From an uncultured cyanobacterium (GTDB lineage Bacteria; Cyanobacteriota; Cyanobacteriia; Cyanobacteriales; CAWCAG01): DNA of 64,000 bases. The stretch covers positions 192,001 through 256,000 of the forward strand of contig CAWDOD010000004.1 of NCBI GenBank assembly GCA_963803805.1, in the 5' to 3' direction. Shown piece after piece: positions 41,971 to 51,455 of this stretch. The position numbers and the translations under genes were made by a program. How positions within the stretch are numbered: the first letter of the stretch is position 1; every line of letters starts with the position of its first letter. The notes under the pieces are model-generated. The model saw only the letters and a list, made by a program, of their open reading frames with translations. It ran no database searches and was not told the origin of the DNA.

Positions 41971-43212
41971 ATGTCAAGTTCAATCACTAAGCTTCTCCTA
42001 ATTGAAGATGACATCGAAGATGTTGACCTCATTGAGGAGTACCTAGAGCGCGCTCAACAATTCCCTGTCACATTGGAGAATGTGGAAAACCTTGAAGCTG
42101 GTTTAGAACGCATTTCTCAAGGGGGAATTGATTTAATCCTTACAGATTTGTCTTTACCAGATGAGCAAGGATTGCAAACCTTCCGTACTCTTCATGCTTC
42201 ATTTCCTCAAATACCCACAATTATTCTTAGTGGTATGGATAATGAAGAAATTGCTGTGGCAGCAATGCAAGAAGGCGCTCAGGATTATTTAGTTAAAGGT
42301 CATTTTAAAAGTCATCTACTTACTAGAGCAATTCGCTATGCTCTCCAACGTCAACAGATCTTTTTAGAACTAGATCAACGTGTAGAACAGCGTACTGCCC
42401 AATTACAAAAAGCGGTTGAAGAGTTGCAAGCTAAAGATGCTCAATTACAAGAAGCCCTAACCGCAGAAAGAAAGTTAAGCGAACTCAAATCACGAATTAT
42501 TAGTACAATTTCCCATGAGTATCGCACTCCTTTAACCGTAATTAACTCCGCTGCGGAATTGCTCCAAGTTTATCGTCATAAGTTAACTGAGGAGAAACAA
42601 AGCAAATATTTCCGCCGCATTCAAAAGGCAGTACAAAATCTTACTGCTTTGGTTAATGATGTACTATTTATTAACCAAGCTGAATTTGAAAAACTTAAGT
42701 TTAGTCCCCAAGCAGTAGATTTAGTAGCTTTTTCTCGCGAAATTGTTGAAGAGATGCAGCCCAACTCTAGCACTTCTTCTCCTATTGAGTTTATTCACCA
42801 AGGAGATTGCCAAGACTTCTATGCTGATACTAAGCTTCTAGGGCAGCTTATAACCAATCTGCTCTCCAATGCGATCAAATATTCTCCAGAAGGGGGTTTA
42901 GTTTCTCTTCAGATTATTGGGGAACCAACCCAAGTTACCTTTAAAGTGACTGATCAAGGTATTGGTATTCCTAGTGAAGATCAAGTTAATCTTTTTTCTT
43001 CTTTTCACCGTGCCAGTAACGTTGGCACAATTCAGGGTACAGGATTAGGACTATCTATCGCTCAAAAATGTGTCGAACTTCATAAAGGAGAAATTAAAGT
43101 AGAAAGCGAAGTCGGGGTTGGTACTACTTTTACGGTTCATTTACCCAAACGAGGAAAAGTTCTTTCTATTAATGAAAATAAGGAAAGGCTATTTCATTCA
43201 CTCGTTTGTTAG
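41971..43212 (+). CDS. Hybrid REC-histidine kinase
   Basis: N-terminal REC domain (TDLSLPD, GAQDYLVK), SHEYRTPL H-box, FHRASNV..GTGLGL. Confidence 0.93.
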   Translation: MSSSITKLLLIEDDIEDVDLIEEYLERAQQFPVTLENVENLEAGLERISQGGIDLILTDLSLPDEQGLQTFRTLHASFPQIPTIILSGMDNEEIAVAAMQEGAQDYLVKGHFKSHLLTRAIRYALQRQQIFLELDQRVEQRTAQLQKAVEELQAKDAQLQEALTAERKLSELKSRIISTISHEYRTPLTVINSAAELLQVYRHKLTEEKQSKYFRRIQKAVQNLTALVNDVLFINQAEFEKLKFSPQAVDLVAFSREIVEEMQPNSSTSSPIEFIHQGDCQDFYADTKLLGQLITNLLSNAIKYSPEGGLVSLQIIGEPTQVTFKVTDQGIGIPSEDQVNLFSSFHRASNVGTIQGTGLGLSIAQKCVELHKGEIKVESEVGVGTTFTVHLPKRGKVLSINENKERLFHSLVC

Positions 43213-43215
43213 CTT

Positions 43216-43848
43216 TTAGTAGGTTTCTAAATTAGTATTTTTAACGCTGATTTTTTCCACCCCAGCAGCATAAGCTCCATGTTCTGTAAATAGCCACTTA
43301 TGTAAATCCGCTAAACTTTGAATCTTGCTTTGTATTTCTAATAAATTAGCTAAAGCTATTTTTTCCTTTTCTTTTCTCTGTTGAAGAGCTTGATAAGATA
43401 TACCGACATTATCGACAGCTAAAATTTTTAAATCATAAGCTTTTAATTCTGAATTTAAACCATAAACCCATCTAAAAATATTCTCCGTTCTGGTTAAGTG
43501 GAAAGCCGAAGTGATTATTAATAATCTCCTAAATTCCCTTGGCTCAATATGAATCATTCTTGAAAAATAAGCATTGCCGATGGTATCATAAGAACTGGTT
43601 TCTGTAAGTATTTTCTGAGGATTTATGCCTTTACTCTGTAAGTAATTTGCTGCTGCTATAGATTCAAAAATAGGAAAACCAAAATTATCTAAAGGTGGTG
43701 GTTTGTGAGTAGTCCCTGCACTCAAAGTTAATAAATATTCTCCTTGATATAAGGAAATGGCACAATCAAGTCTTTTTTTTACCCAAAGTGGCAGTTCTCC
43801 TCCTTTCCTAACACCTCCCCCTAAAATTAAAATTGCATCGTATACCAT
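43216..43848 (-). CDS. YdcF/DUF218 family protein
   Basis: DAILILGGG, E..S.DTIGNA, IITSAFHL.R. Confidence 0.85.
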   Translation of the reverse strand: MVYDAILILGGGVRKGGELPLWVKKRLDCAISLYQGEYLLTLSAGTTHKPPPLDNFGFPIFESIAAANYLQSKGINPQKILTETSSYDTIGNAYFSRMIHIEPREFRRLLIITSAFHLTRTENIFRWVYGLNSELKAYDLKILAVDNVGISYQALQQRKEKEKIALANLLEIQSKIQSLADLHKWLFTEHGAYAAGVEKISVKNTNLETY

Positions 43849-43862
43849 TCTTCAAAGAGTAA

Positions 43863-43895
43863 GCGGCGAAATCTCAAAAAAGTTTCCGCCGCCTT
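43863..43895. terminator. Hairpin downstream of petE
   Basis: GCGGCG-AAA...TTT-C-CGCCGC imperfect stem about 30 nt after the petE stop. Confidence 0.5.
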
Positions 43896-43922
43896 TGATA
43901 AACTAGAGATTATCATTAAAAA

Positions 43923-44327
43923 CTATTTAACAATAATTTTGCCCGCCATGCCTGCGCCACGATGAGGTTCGCAATAGTAAGCATATTCTCCAGAAGCTGC
44001 ATCAGAAGGAATAGTAGTTGAGTAGGATTGCCCAGGACCAAATAATAGTTCCTTGTGAGAAAGCTTGCTAGCTAAACCGCTACCACCAGGTATACCGCTA
44101 GCGTCGAAAACAGCATTATGGGGAGCAAGCTTGTTCATTACAAACTTAACAGTATCCCCTGGTTTTACAGTAATGGTGCTAGGAACAAACTGAAGTGGGT
44201 TTCCACTGTCAGCTCCCATTTTCACTGTATAGGTTTCAGCTAAGGCGGGATTCGCCGAAAAAACAAAGCTGGCAGCAACTAGTAAAAAGGCGGATACTAT
44301 GACAACCAATCGTTTGGTCATTTTCAT
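43923..44327 (-). CDS. petE: Plastocyanin
   Basis: Signal peptide ending PALA, VKMGAD, Cu ligands in PHN and [10 protein letters not shown]. Confidence 0.97.
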   Translation of the reverse strand: MKMTKRLVVIVSAFLLVAASFVFSANPALAETYTVKMGADSGNPLQFVPSTITVKPGDTVKFVMNKLAPHNAVFDASGIPGGSGLASKLSHKELLFGPGQSYSTTIPSDAASGEYAYYCEPHRGAGMAGKIIVK

Positions 44328-44374
44328 GGATTTTCCTCTTGAATTTTTTGTAGAATTTTGTCACTAACAAAAGC

Positions 44375-44423
44375 TATATGACATTACGTCATAGTGAAAT
44401 TATATGACATTATGTCATAGTGA
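44375..44423. promoter_or_regulatory. Two tandem palindromic operators upstream of petE (PetR-type GAC-N5-GTC)
   Basis: TATATGACATTAYGTCATAGTGA repeated at a 26-bp period (44375-44397, 44401-44423). Confidence 0.75.
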
Positions 44424-44774
44424 CGAACAGATTTACTAGTGTTTCTACACAATATAATCTTCCCTATTAAACAGAACAGCACTCACTAGAGGACAGCCGC
44501 AGTCAGGATTTGACCATCATGACAAATAAAAGCTACAGGTGTGCTAAGGGAAATAGAAAGTAATATTAGATTAAGGCTCTTTACTGCTTCCTAAATAAAA
44601 AAGATGATATTAACACTTAAAAACTTGTCTAAAATATTAATATCTGATTAAGAAAGAATTGACTTTTGATTAACTACATAGAAAGTTTTTCTCTACTCAA
44701 AATTCTTCTGCTATTTAAGTAGAAATAAGGCTAAAATATGGCCAATACTTCTATTTTAAAGCCTCAAATTTATA

Positions 44775-46133
44775 ATGAACACTATGATGATACAGGTTGA
44801 GGAGCAAAAGTTGAATTTGCCAGTTTTTTCTAATTCTGGAAGACCAGTTCTTGAGTTGAATTCCACCCTTATTGAGTTATCTCTTTATGATTTTCAAGTT
44901 GAAATATCTCATATAAGTAAAGAAGTTACTAAGAAATTTGAGAGTTCCCCCTTAATACCAGGAGTCATTCTAACTGAGGATGGTAAATTGGTGGGAATGA
45001 TTTCTCGGCGACGCTTTTTAGAGCGTATGAGTAGACCCTATGGATTAGAATTATTTCTCAAGCGACCTTTGAAATCTTTGTATGATTTCATTAATACTGA
45101 AATGATTATTCTCAGTGCTGATACTTTAATAGTAGAAGCAGCAGAAAAATCTCTTCAGCGCCCCGGAAAATTACTATCTGAACCGATTATTGTAGAACTA
45201 GAAAGCAAGGTTTATCGCTTACTTGATATACATCAATTGTTAGTAGCTCAGTCTAAAATTCATAAATTGACAACACAACTATTAGAAGAAAAAACCCAAG
45301 CCCATTTAGTACAAACAGAAAAGATGGCTAGCTTAGGGCGTATGGTTGCAGGGGTAGCCCACGAAATCAAAAATCCGGTTAATAGTGTTAACGGTAATTT
45401 AGAATATTTATCTACTTATTGCCAAGATATACTTAACTTGCTAGGGGAATATCAACAAACTTTTCCAGAGAAAACCACTGATATTAAAGAATTAGAAGAA
45501 GATATAGAGTTAGATTTTATTCTCGAAGATTTGCCCAAAATGCTGATGAGTATGCAAGTTGGAGCCAAGAAATTAACAGAAATTGTCACCAGCTTACGTA
45601 ACTTTTCTCGTCTTGAAGATAAGAAAAAACAATTAGTAGATATTCACGAATGCTTAGAAAGTACTTTGTTGATTTTAAATCATAGCCTTAAGTACGATAT
45701 TACTGTTACTAAAAATTACGGTGAACTACCACAAATAGTTGGTTATTCTGCTAAGTTAGGACAGGTTTTTATGAATATCATTGCTAATGGTATCGACACA
45801 TTATTAGAAGTGAAAGAAAATCGTAATTCAAAAGATGAAGACTGGCAACCTCAAATCACTATTATCACCACCAACCTAGAATTAGATAAAGCTTCTCGAT
45901 GGATAGCAGTTACCATCACTGATAATGGTGCAGGTATCCCTCTAGAAATTCAAGAGAGCATTTTTGAAACTTTCTTTACTACTAAACCTGTCGGTAAGGG
46001 TACAGGACTAGGACTCGCCATCAGCAATCAAATTGTAACCGAAACCCACGGAGGAAAATTGAATATGCGATCCCAGCTCAACGTTGGTACAGAGTTTGAA
46101 ATTTTACTTCCTGTAACTAGTCAAATAATTTAA
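44775..46133 (+). CDS. Histidine kinase with N-terminal CBS-like domain
   Basis: GVIL...LVGMISRRRF; EKMASLG.MVAGVAHEIKNP; FFTTKPVGKGTGLGL. Confidence 0.88.
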   Translation: MNTMMIQVEEQKLNLPVFSNSGRPVLELNSTLIELSLYDFQVEISHISKEVTKKFESSPLIPGVILTEDGKLVGMISRRRFLERMSRPYGLELFLKRPLKSLYDFINTEMIILSADTLIVEAAEKSLQRPGKLLSEPIIVELESKVYRLLDIHQLLVAQSKIHKLTTQLLEEKTQAHLVQTEKMASLGRMVAGVAHEIKNPVNSVNGNLEYLSTYCQDILNLLGEYQQTFPEKTTDIKELEEDIELDFILEDLPKMLMSMQVGAKKLTEIVTSLRNFSRLEDKKKQLVDIHECLESTLLILNHSLKYDITVTKNYGELPQIVGYSAKLGQVFMNIIANGIDTLLEVKENRNSKDEDWQPQITIITTNLELDKASRWIAVTITDNGAGIPLEIQESIFETFFTTKPVGKGTGLGLAISNQIVTETHGGKLNMRSQLNVGTEFEILLPVTSQII

Positions 46134-46162
46134 TTTTCCCAACTACAGCAATGATTTTACTA

Positions 46163-46192
46163 ATTAACCAATATTTAACCTTTAGTTTACTC
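46163..46192 (+). promoter_or_regulatory. Distal Pho box (SphR-type)
   Basis: ATTAACCA / TTTAACCT / GTTTACTC at an 11-bp period upstream of pstS. Confidence 0.6.
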
Positions 46193-46429
46193 AATCATAA
46201 TCCGATTCTAAATAAGTAACAATACAATAAAAGCAAGGTTAGTTTAGATCAATAATTGATCACTTCTTTTTTGCCTAAAAAGACTAGTAAATGTAATAAA
46301 GTTTTTCTGGTATTAAATCCAACTTAGATGGTTTGCAAGATACTGAAAACAATAGTTGTTGAGACAGCTAAAACACTAATTTTATCTTGGATTATAACGA
46401 TTAATTATTAATAGCTTGGTTAGGGCTTT

Positions 46430-46464
46430 CTTAACCAAAGTTTAACTTGACAGACAGGTAGAAT
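46430..46464 (+). promoter_or_regulatory. Proximal Pho box plus -10 element of pstSCAB
   Basis: CTTAACCA-N3-TTTAACTT at an 11-bp period, TAGAAT 10 nt downstream. Confidence 0.75.
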
Positions 46465-46572
46465 TTGAAATACTAATAGTGTGTTTACTCACTATTGTTG
46501 CAGGTGTGCAAAACAGATGTTCGCTCCATCTTAAATTTATGACCTTGATGACTGATTGAAGAGACACTTTTT

Positions 46573-47616
46573 ATGACTATTAGAATGCAAATGAAACGTC
46601 AATCCATACTCTTTTTTGTAGGGATTATTGCCCTAGCAATGACTGCCTGTACTGGTGGAGATGAAGCATCTACAGACGATGGTAGTGAAACGGCTGGTGG
46701 TGAATCAGGATTAAGCGGAGAGATTTCTGCTGATGGTTCTAGCACCGTATTACCTATCTCTGAGATCATGGCTGAGGATTTCCAGGGGGATAACGCTGAT
46801 GTAAATGTTGTTGTTGCTTCATCGGGTACTGGGGGTGGTTTCGAGAAATTCTGTGCTGGTGATACAGACATTTCCAATGCCTCTCGCCCCATTAAAGAAG
46901 AAGAAATTGCTGCCTGTGAAGAAAACGGAGTCGAGTTTGTCGAAATCCCCGTGGCTTTTGATGGTCTTACCGTAGTTGTCAACCCGGAAGACGACTGGGC
47001 AGAATGCTTAACTACTGAAGAATTAAATAAAATGTGGGCTGCCCCAGCAGAAGATACAGTCAAAAACTGGAACCAAGTTAACAGCGAATTTCCAGACGAA
47101 GAACTTAAATTATATGGACCTGGGGAAGACTCTGGTACTTTCGACTACTTCAATGAAGCTGTTACTGATGAAGAAGGAAGCCGCAAAGACTATAGTAATG
47201 TCGGTGAAAAAGACAATGTAATTGTTCAAGGGGTTTCTAGTGAAAAAGGTGCTTTAGGTTACTTCGGTTATGCTTACTTTGAAGAGAACCAAGATAGCCT
47301 CAAAGCAGTAGAAATTGAAAATGCTGATGGAGATTGTGTTGCTCCTAGTGCAGAAACCATTGCTGATGGTACTTATAATCCCTTAGCCCGTCCTCTATTC
47401 ATCTACCTTAAGAAAGAATCATTGGAAAGCAAGCCAGAAGTGAAAGCTTTCGCTGAGTATCATCTTGCCAACCCCTCCTTAGTAGAAGAAGTTGGCTATG
47501 TAGCTTTACCTGAAGATATTCTCGAAAAAGCTAAAGCACGTCTAGACTCTGCCACCACTGGCGCTATGTTTGAAGGGGGTTCTTCTTTAGGACAGAAGCT
47601 CATAGATAAGCTATAA
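46573..47616 (+). CDS. pstS: Phosphate ABC transporter substrate-binding lipoprotein
   Basis: Lipobox MTAC, DGSSTV, GTGGG, NASR, DSGTFDYF, RPLFIY. Confidence 0.95.
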   Translation: MTIRMQMKRQSILFFVGIIALAMTACTGGDEASTDDGSETAGGESGLSGEISADGSSTVLPISEIMAEDFQGDNADVNVVVASSGTGGGFEKFCAGDTDISNASRPIKEEEIAACEENGVEFVEIPVAFDGLTVVVNPEDDWAECLTTEELNKMWAAPAEDTVKNWNQVNSEFPDEELKLYGPGEDSGTFDYFNEAVTDEEGSRKDYSNVGEKDNVIVQGVSSEKGALGYFGYAYFEENQDSLKAVEIENADGDCVAPSAETIADGTYNPLARPLFIYLKKESLESKPEVKAFAEYHLANPSLVEEVGYVALPEDILEKAKARLDSATTGAMFEGGSSLGQKLIDKL

Positions 47617-47672
47617 ACTTAATCGAAATAGCTTTGAGATATTGACAATTTCTTTAGGGTTAGTAAGTTAAA

Positions 47673-47711
47673 AAACTGTAGGGACAACCTCATAAAGCGT
47701 CTCTACAGTTT
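47673..47711. repeat. REP-like stem-loop between pstS and pstC
   Basis: AAACTGTAGGGAC...GTCTCTACAGTTT; could stabilise the pstS segment of the mRNA. Confidence 0.6.
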
Positions 47712-47778
47712 CTTGCTTATTACACAAAATATTTAAGGGTGCATTCCCCAGTTATCAATAATCAATGGCCCACAAGCA

Positions 47779-48711
47779 ATGACAAATGATTTAACAGATT
47801 CTCGAAATAACCAAGAAAATCTCTGGCAACCAAACCGCAAAAAGAGTAAACAAGTTGAACTAGCTGTTAAAATACTTTTTGCTAGTTTTGCATTAGTTTC
47901 TGTACTAACTACTGTCGGTATTGTTATCACCCTAATTTTTGAAACTATTGAGTTTTTCAAAGAAGTTCCCATTTGGAACTTTCTCACTGACTCAGAATGG
48001 CGGCCTGATGACAGCTTTGGTATCTTTGCCCTGATTAGCGGCACTGTACTTACTTCTACTATTGCCATCATGGTTGCCCTACCTTTAGGTTTATTAGCAG
48101 CAATTTGTTTGAGTGAATATGCTAGCCCCAAAACCAGAAAGTGGCTTAAACCAGCCCTAGAACTCTTAGCAGGGGTTCCTAGCGTCGTCTTTGGTTATTT
48201 TGCCCTTTTATTTGTAACTCCATTCCTAAGAAGCTTTGTACCAGGATTGGAAATTTTTAACGCCCTAAGTGCAGGGCTAGTTTTGGGAGTGGCGATTACT
48301 CCTTTGGTAGCTTCTTTAAGTGAAGATGCTATTTACTCTGTCCCTGGGAGTTTACGACAGGGTGCTTATGCCCTAGGTACTACCAAACGAGAAGCCATTA
48401 CTAGTGTTGTCTTACCAGCAGCTTTATCAGGTATCGTTGCCTCAACGATTTTAGCTATTTCCAGGGCAGTAGGGGAAACGATGATTGTTACTTTAGCAGC
48501 CGGACAACAGCCTCGTATGGGCTTTAACCCCCTCGTACAGGTACAAACCATGACAGCCTTCATCGTCGCTGTAACTACCGGAGAAGCAAGCGTAGGCTCC
48601 CTCAAGTTTAAGACCCTCTTCGCTGTGGGCATGACCTTATTTGTAATGACTTTAACCCTGAATATATTTAGCTTCTGGTTTGTACGTCGCTTCCGAGAGA
48701 AATATGACTAA
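47779..48711 (+). CDS. pstC: Phosphate ABC transporter permease PstC
   Basis: LELLAGVPSVVFG, SEDA..VP, SRAVGETM. Confidence 0.96.
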   Translation: MTNDLTDSRNNQENLWQPNRKKSKQVELAVKILFASFALVSVLTTVGIVITLIFETIEFFKEVPIWNFLTDSEWRPDDSFGIFALISGTVLTSTIAIMVALPLGLLAAICLSEYASPKTRKWLKPALELLAGVPSVVFGYFALLFVTPFLRSFVPGLEIFNALSAGLVLGVAITPLVASLSEDAIYSVPGSLRQGAYALGTTKREAITSVVLPAALSGIVASTILAISRAVGETMIVTLAAGQQPRMGFNPLVQVQTMTAFIVAVTTGEASVGSLKFKTLFAVGMTLFVMTLTLNIFSFWFVRRFREKYD

Positions 48712-48756
48712 GTATAAGGAGAAGCCAATAACTTGATAACCGATAAATAAAAACCA

Positions 48757-49674
48757 ATGACTACACAAACCCCTCAACCTCTCTCCTCCGGAAAACCAGC
48801 TAACCTATTTAATAGCAACAGACAAAAACGCTACCAACTCGATAAACTATTTGCTGCTTTAACCTGGACAGCTACTTTTATTGCCCTGCTGATTTTGGCA
48901 GTGCTATTAATTGATGTCCTCATTGATGGCGTTGCCCAACTAAATTGGTCTTTTATCGTCAGTGACATCTCTCCTAGACCAACAAGGGCAGGAGTTTTCC
49001 AAGCTTTAATTGGTAGTATTTGGCTTTTGGGATTAACTGCTTTAATTTCTTTTCCTTTGGGAGTAGGCACAGGTATCTATCTAGAAGAGTTTGCTGCTGA
49101 TAGCTTTTTAGCCAAGGTAGTGGAAATCAATATTTCTAACCTCGCAGGGGTTCCAGCCATTATTTATGGACTACTGGGATTAGGAATATTTGTTAACGTG
49201 TTAAGACCCCTAACAGGAGGTAATAGCGTCATCTCCGGGGCTTTAACTATGTCCCTGCTAATTTTACCAATTATTATTGTTTCTACTCGCGAAGCCTTGA
49301 GATCAGTTCCTGATAGTACTCGTTTAGCTGGATTAGCATTGGGGGCAACTCTTTGGCAAACCATTAGATCCCACGTCTTTCCCGTTGCTTTACCTGGTAT
49401 TCTCACCGGAACTATCTTGGCCCTTTCCCGTGCCATCGGTGAAGCTGCACCTTTAATCGTCATTGGGGCAGCAGGGTATATTGCTTTCACACCAGATAGT
49501 CTCCAAAGTCCTTTTACCGCGTTACCAGTGCTTATTTATAAGTGGATTGATGATCCTAAAGACTTATTCCACGATAAAGCCGCAGCCGCAATCATTGTGT
49601 TGATGATTGTCTTGGTAACTATGAATGCTACAGCAATTATTCTTCGCAATAAGTTCCAAAACCAGGGTCGCTAA
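48757..49674 (+). CDS. pstA: Phosphate ABC transporter permease PstA
   Basis: [28 protein letters not shown]. Confidence 0.96.
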   Translation: MTTQTPQPLSSGKPANLFNSNRQKRYQLDKLFAALTWTATFIALLILAVLLIDVLIDGVAQLNWSFIVSDISPRPTRAGVFQALIGSIWLLGLTALISFPLGVGTGIYLEEFAADSFLAKVVEINISNLAGVPAIIYGLLGLGIFVNVLRPLTGGNSVISGALTMSLLILPIIIVSTREALRSVPDSTRLAGLALGATLWQTIRSHVFPVALPGILTGTILALSRAIGEAAPLIVIGAAGYIAFTPDSLQSPFTALPVLIYKWIDDPKDLFHDKAAAAIIVLMIVLVTMNATAIILRNKFQNQGR

Positions 49675-49718
49675 ATTCTTTTGAACTACTAAAAATCTAT
49701 TCCTCGAACTATTCTCTT

Positions 49719-50528
49719 ATGTTATCTGAATCTTCTCCTTCTCAAACTATTACTGAAGCAATTCTACGGGCTAAGAATGTCAACGTTTTTTATGGTTCTA
49801 ACCTAGCTGTACGGGAAGTTTCCCTAGATATTCCCAAAAATAAAATTGTCGCTTTTATTGGTCCTTCCGGTTGTGGGAAAAGCACCATCTTGCGTTGTTT
49901 TAACCGTATGAACGATTTAATCCCTAGCGCAAGTATGAAAGGACAAATTACTTATAAAGGGAGGGACATTTATCACAAGAAAGTTGACCCAGTAGAACTT
50001 CGTAGTAACATTGGCATGGTATTCCAAAAACCAAACCCCTTCCCTAAATCAATTTATGAAAATATCGCTTTTGGAGCCAGAATTAATGGTTACAGGGGAG
50101 ATATGGATGAATTGGTAGAACAATCTTTAAGGGGGGCAGCCCTTTGGGAAGAAGTAAAAGATAAACTCAGAGAAAGTGGTTTGGCATTGTCTGGAGGCCA
50201 ACAACAACGCCTTTGTATTGCCAGGGCGATCGCCATCGCCCCTGAAGTAATTTTGATGGATGAGCCTTGTTCGGCCCTAGATCCTATTTCTACTTTAAAA
50301 GTAGAAGAATTACTCCATGAATTGAAGGAGCAGTATACTATTGTGATTGTTACTCACAATATGCAACAAGCTTCACGGGTATCTGATCTCACCGCTTTTT
50401 ATAATGCAGAAGCCACAGAAACAGGTAATAAAGTTGGCTACTTGGTAGAATACGATCGCACAGAAATCATTTTCCAATCCCCAGCCCAACAATCTACTCA
50501 AGAATACGTTAGTGGACGCTTTGGATAA
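49719..50528 (+). CDS. pstB: Phosphate ABC transporter ATP-binding protein PstB
   Basis: [45 protein letters not shown]. Confidence 0.98.
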   Translation: MLSESSPSQTITEAILRAKNVNVFYGSNLAVREVSLDIPKNKIVAFIGPSGCGKSTILRCFNRMNDLIPSASMKGQITYKGRDIYHKKVDPVELRSNIGMVFQKPNPFPKSIYENIAFGARINGYRGDMDELVEQSLRGAALWEEVKDKLRESGLALSGGQQQRLCIARAIAIAPEVILMDEPCSALDPISTLKVEELLHELKEQYTIVIVTHNMQQASRVSDLTAFYNAEATETGNKVGYLVEYDRTEIIFQSPAQQSTQEYVSGRFG

Positions 50529-50539
50529 TTAATCAGCAA

Positions 50540-50625
50540 TATCGTAATTTAAGTTGATAAGTATTGGGGCGGGTTTATTTACTCTAATGTTGGGTATCGT
50601 AATTTAAGTTGAAACCCGCCCCTAC
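50540..50625. repeat. REP-like inverted repeat plus 18-bp direct repeat
   Basis: GGGGCGGGTTT (50566) / AAACCCGCCCCTAC (50612); TATCGTAATTTAAGTTGA at 50540 and 50595. Confidence 0.8.
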
Positions 50626-50631
50626 GGGCAA

Positions 50632-51186
50632 TTAATTAGAAACCTCTTCCATCTCAATTATTCTTTCTTCAATATCCTTAACCAAAAAATTCAACGGCCT
50701 CATACGCAGCACTTTATACTTTAAGCGCCGAGATTGTACGCGCATGAGAACCTGTTCTAAACAATCATGGTCAAAGCAAACATGGCGATGACAATTTTTA
50801 CGGCCATAACTAGCCCCAGAGATAACGTGCAACTGAGTATTCTTCTTTAATTGATACCAAAGCCCTTCAGCACTGCTAAAACTTGTACTTTCCGAAGAGC
50901 CAACATTGGTTGACATATATAAAGGGTCGATGCCAGAAGTTCCTAAAGTTTGCTCATAGTTATAGTAGTAATGTAGCGGTACATCAGCCACAGGCATATC
51001 TAAAAGACCTTCATAAAATTGCCGCGCTACTTCCAAATCAGATACCATAACAGTGTGTACTTTAGGAGCGCTAGTTAGAAAAAGCCACATAGCCCCAGCA
51101 TAGGCAGCCAAAAGCATCACCATGATGCCTTGGGTCGAAAAAAGGCTATCTAAAGGAAGAGAAGGTAAAAAAGCTCCCAAGTACAT
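50632..51186 (-). CDS. Glyoxalase/VOC-like conserved cyanobacterial protein with N-terminal TM helix
   Basis: HTVMVSDLE.ARQFYEGLL, GLWYQL, RHVCF, FLVKD. Confidence 0.8.
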   Translation of the reverse strand: MYLGAFLPSLPLDSLFSTQGIMVMLLAAYAGAMWLFLTSAPKVHTVMVSDLEVARQFYEGLLDMPVADVPLHYYYNYEQTLGTSGIDPLYMSTNVGSSESTSFSSAEGLWYQLKKNTQLHVISGASYGRKNCHRHVCFDHDCLEQVLMRVQSRRLKYKVLRMRPLNFLVKDIEERIIEMEEVSN

Positions 51187-51455
51187 AGATTCAAGACAAC
51201 TTTAATGAAGTAAAAATGCTCATACATAGCTATACTAGCATTTTCGATTGTAAATAACTGAGTTGGCAAAATCTCAAAAAAATTAGACCCCAATAGCCAA
51301 CAGAGAAAGGGGAAATACTAAGTACTCCACATCAGCTTATCGATATATCTCTTCAAAAAGACTCGAATATTTCCGAACTACCAGGTAAAATAGGCAGATT
51401 AATATGGATACAAAGTATAATCCCAGCAACCCTTGCAAATTAATCTCTAAGAACT

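Noticed and set aside
44515..44560. c-di-GMP-I riboswitch suggested by AAAGCTACAGG...CTAAGG
   Set aside because: The upstream GNRA-capped stem and the 3' pairing strand are not evident
46599..49490. Long antisense ORFs over pstS, pstC and pstA (similar ones over pilT, pilC and the spmA-like gene)
   Set aside because: Shadow frames of well-conserved genes with no recognisable motifs
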